Positions 36,708 through 38,852 of a DNA stretch of 38,852 nt are shown here, piece by piece. The position numbers were made by a program, and so were the translations under genes. Each line of letters begins with the position of its first letter. Positions within the stretch are counted from its first letter, which is position 1. The DNA comes from an uncultured Holosporaceae bacterium. Its GTDB lineage: Bacteria > Pseudomonadota > Alphaproteobacteria > RUG11792. The stretch spans positions 1 through 38,852 of the forward strand of contig CAMYPB010000001.1 in assembly GCA_947285985.1 (NCBI GenBank). Reading direction: 5' to 3'. Below the pieces are notes generated by a model. The model did not search any database, was not told the origin of the DNA, and worked only from the letters and a program-made list of their open reading frames with translations.

Positions 36708-38735
36708 ATGAAAAACGAATTATTGTTAGAAATATTTAGTGAGGAGATTCCCGCGAGATTACAAAAATCTGCCATTCAAAATTCCTCAACTTTATTTGAG
36801 AAACTCCTAAAAGAATATGGAGCAGAATTCAATGGTGTTTCATCGTATGTTTCTCCTAGGAGAATTGCGATACGTGTTGATGATCTTGAAGCTAAAACAA
36901 AGGATTTGTTTGAGGAGAAAAGAGGTCCAAAGATAGGAGCTCCTCAAAACGCGATAGAAGGATTTTTGAGATCAAACAATAAAAATAGAGAGGATCTTAT
37001 CGAGAAGAACGGATATTATTTTTTGAATATATCAACGTTGGGGATGGACATAAGGAAGGTTATTCCTCAAATTGTCGAGGATTTTATCAATAATTTCCCA
37101 TGGCCAAAGACTATGCATTGGTATATGGAAGATAAAAAGATGCTCAGTGCATTCTGGATACGTCCTATACGTTCGATATTGTGCATATACGATGGATCCC
37201 CTATAAAAGATGAAATAAAATCCGTTGGGATTGAGATGTCTGATATAACGTATGGACACAGGTTTTTGTCGTCTGGTCCGATACGTGTTTTCGATTTTGA
37301 AGATTATTCTTCGAAACTTGAGAAGAATTATGTCATGATAGACTACTTTAAGAAGATGTCTTATATCGATAGAGAATTGTCGACGAAGGCCGCATCAACG
37401 GGATTGTGTGTCAATCTTGATGAGGGACTCATGGAAGAGGTCACGGGTCTTGTTGAATATCCCTTTGTTCATATCGGGACAATTGATGAAAAATTTATGC
37501 ATCTTCCAAGTGCTGTTTTGTCGACCTCTATGAGAGTACACCAAAAATATTTCACATTGATGTATCCAGATAGTATTATAGCGCCTTTTTATGGGACTGT
37601 GACGAATGTTCCAGGGACTGATATTATGTATGAGGGACTAGATAGAGTTTTGAGGGCACGTTTGAGTGATGCGTCTTTTTTCTTCAAGGAGGACACAGAA
37701 GTTTCTCTCGATGCATTTGCTCAAAGATTGTCGAATGTTGTTTTCCACGAAAAATTGGGGACAGTCGCTCAAAAAGTTGATAGACTTTTGTCACTTGCTG
37801 AAACGAAGGAAGAAAATAGGGCGATATCTTTGTGTAAGGCTGATCTCGTCACTCAGATGGTCGGAGAATTTCCAGAACTTCAAGGGATAATGGGTGAGAT
37901 ATACGCAATTGAACAGGAAGAAGATGAAAATGTTGCACGTGCCATAAGAGAGCATTATAAACCGAATGGTGCGAGCGATAGTCTTCCATCAGAATTCATT
38001 GGATCGAGGCTTTCATTTTTCGATAAATTAGATACACTCGTTGGATTTTTGGGGGTTGGAATTTATCCAACAGGATCGAAGGACCCATTTGCTTTGAGAC
38101 GTTGTGCACTCTCTATTGTGCGGCTACTTTGTGATAGTGAATTTGATATCTTACAGTCAGAAAAGTTGTCGAGTTATATAAATATTCTCATATCATCATA
38201 CTCAGAGCAGGGGATTGCACTTGATTCTGAGACGATGAACAATGTCTTAGAATTTATTGTCGATCGTCTGAAGATTTATATAGAAAATAAAGAGAATATA
38301 GAATATAAATTTATAGATCGCGTTATTTCATCGTATGGAAATTTTGATTTTGACTTCAAAGATGCAATTAAGAAGTCTAGAATATTGGAGGAATTTTCGA
38401 AGACTGATGAATTCATCACTGTGCAAAATGCGTTTAGGAGAGTGAGCGGAGTTATAACATCAAGTTCGATCGAGAGAAATTCTCTGTATAATTTTGATGA
38501 TCTCGTGTTTGAAAATCAGGATATGAAGAGGGCATATAATGTATTATGTGGGATCAAAGCCATAGAAGATGACGATGGAAAATTGTTAAATATCGCGGTT
38601 GATATTTCAAAAAATATCCTTGAGGCTTGTGAGAATATCATGATCCTTGATGATGATAATAATAAAAAATTATCGAATATAACATTGTTCTACTCTTTTA
38701 AGGATTTGATATATCAAATATTTGGAGAGATATAA
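36708..38735 (+). CDS. glyS: Glycine--tRNA ligase beta subunit
   Basis: Contains LLLEIFSEEIPAR, GPKIGAP, GHRFL and DPFALRR. 675 aa, immediately downstream of glyQ. Confidence 0.95.
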   Translation: MKNELLLEIFSEEIPARLQKSAIQNSSTLFEKLLKEYGAEFNGVSSYVSPRRIAIRVDDLEAKTKDLFEEKRGPKIGAPQNAIEGFLRSNNKNREDLIEKNGYYFLNISTLGMDIRKVIPQIVEDFINNFPWPKTMHWYMEDKKMLSAFWIRPIRSILCIYDGSPIKDEIKSVGIEMSDITYGHRFLSSGPIRVFDFEDYSSKLEKNYVMIDYFKKMSYIDRELSTKAASTGLCVNLDEGLMEEVTGLVEYPFVHIGTIDEKFMHLPSAVLSTSMRVHQKYFTLMYPDSIIAPFYGTVTNVPGTDIMYEGLDRVLRARLSDASFFFKEDTEVSLDAFAQRLSNVVFHEKLGTVAQKVDRLLSLAETKEENRAISLCKADLVTQMVGEFPELQGIMGEIYAIEQEEDENVARAIREHYKPNGASDSLPSEFIGSRLSFFDKLDTLVGFLGVGIYPTGSKDPFALRRCALSIVRLLCDSEFDILQSEKLSSYINILISSYSEQGIALDSETMNNVLEFIVDRLKIYIENKENIEYKFIDRVISSYGNFDFDFKDAIKKSRILEEFSKTDEFITVQNAFRRVSGVITSSSIERNSLYNFDDLVFENQDMKRAYNVLCGIKAIEDDDGKLLNIAVDISKNILEACENIMILDDDNNKKLSNITLFYSFKDLIYQIFGEI

Positions 38736-38852
38736 TATTGTTATGGGGAGATTATGATGATTATTTATATACATTATAATCTTCTTGCAAAAATTTTTGT
38801 ATGAGTGCAGAATCTTATATATAGGATATATTTTTTATAGGAGGTTGTTTTT

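Noticed and set aside
38754-38804. 16-codon ORF (MMIIYIHYNLLAKIFV) with an upstream GGGGAG as a possible leader peptide for the gene beyond the window edge
   Set aside because: It is too short to evaluate, the downstream gene is unseen, and such mini-ORFs are expected by chance in AT-rich spacers.

Overview
This window is visibly AT-rich and densely packed with genes. It reads as chromosome from a genome-reduced, obligately intracellular alphaproteobacterium (Rickettsiales/Holosporales-like). Support for that: an ATP/ADP translocase (tlc), alphaproteobacterial marker genes (Tim44-like protein, TIGR02300 zinc-ribbon protein, GTA-type HK97 capsid), overlapping gene junctions, and Asn/Asp-rich insertions in conserved proteins. 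About 35 protein genes are present, mostly housekeeping: mreB, yggT-like, rsmA, rpsF-rpsR, HU, DUF167, pgpA, cysS, grpE, an RluA-family synthase, rsmH-ftsL-ftsI, trpS, trmD, rplS, pyk, spoT, leuS, dnaX, tsaC/sua5, tlc, gltX, a disrupted priA, and glyQ-glyS. There are also three tRNAs (Gln-UUG, Val-CAC, Arg-ACG) and an RNase P RNA. I found no CRISPR array, transposase/IS, integrase, toxin-antitoxin pair or recognisable defence gene. I do not see a convincing multi-gene novel system. The most unusual items are: (i) a stand-alone GTA/HK97-type capsid gene with a separately encoded coiled-coil ORF next to tRNA-Val; (ii) an exact 16-nt palindrome-containing motif present three times, each 11-12 nt upstream of a putative promoter; (iii) priA broken by a frameshift plus a nonsense codon 25 nt apart; (iv) a promoter/two-hairpin/terminator unit between trmD and rplS (candidate sRNA); (v) several lineage-specific signal-peptide proteins wedged between conserved genes, including a thioredoxin-fold protein with an acidic-then-lysine-rich tail. 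Stop coordinates are firm. Several start codons are chosen by homology or Shine-Dalgarno sequence and are ambiguous.
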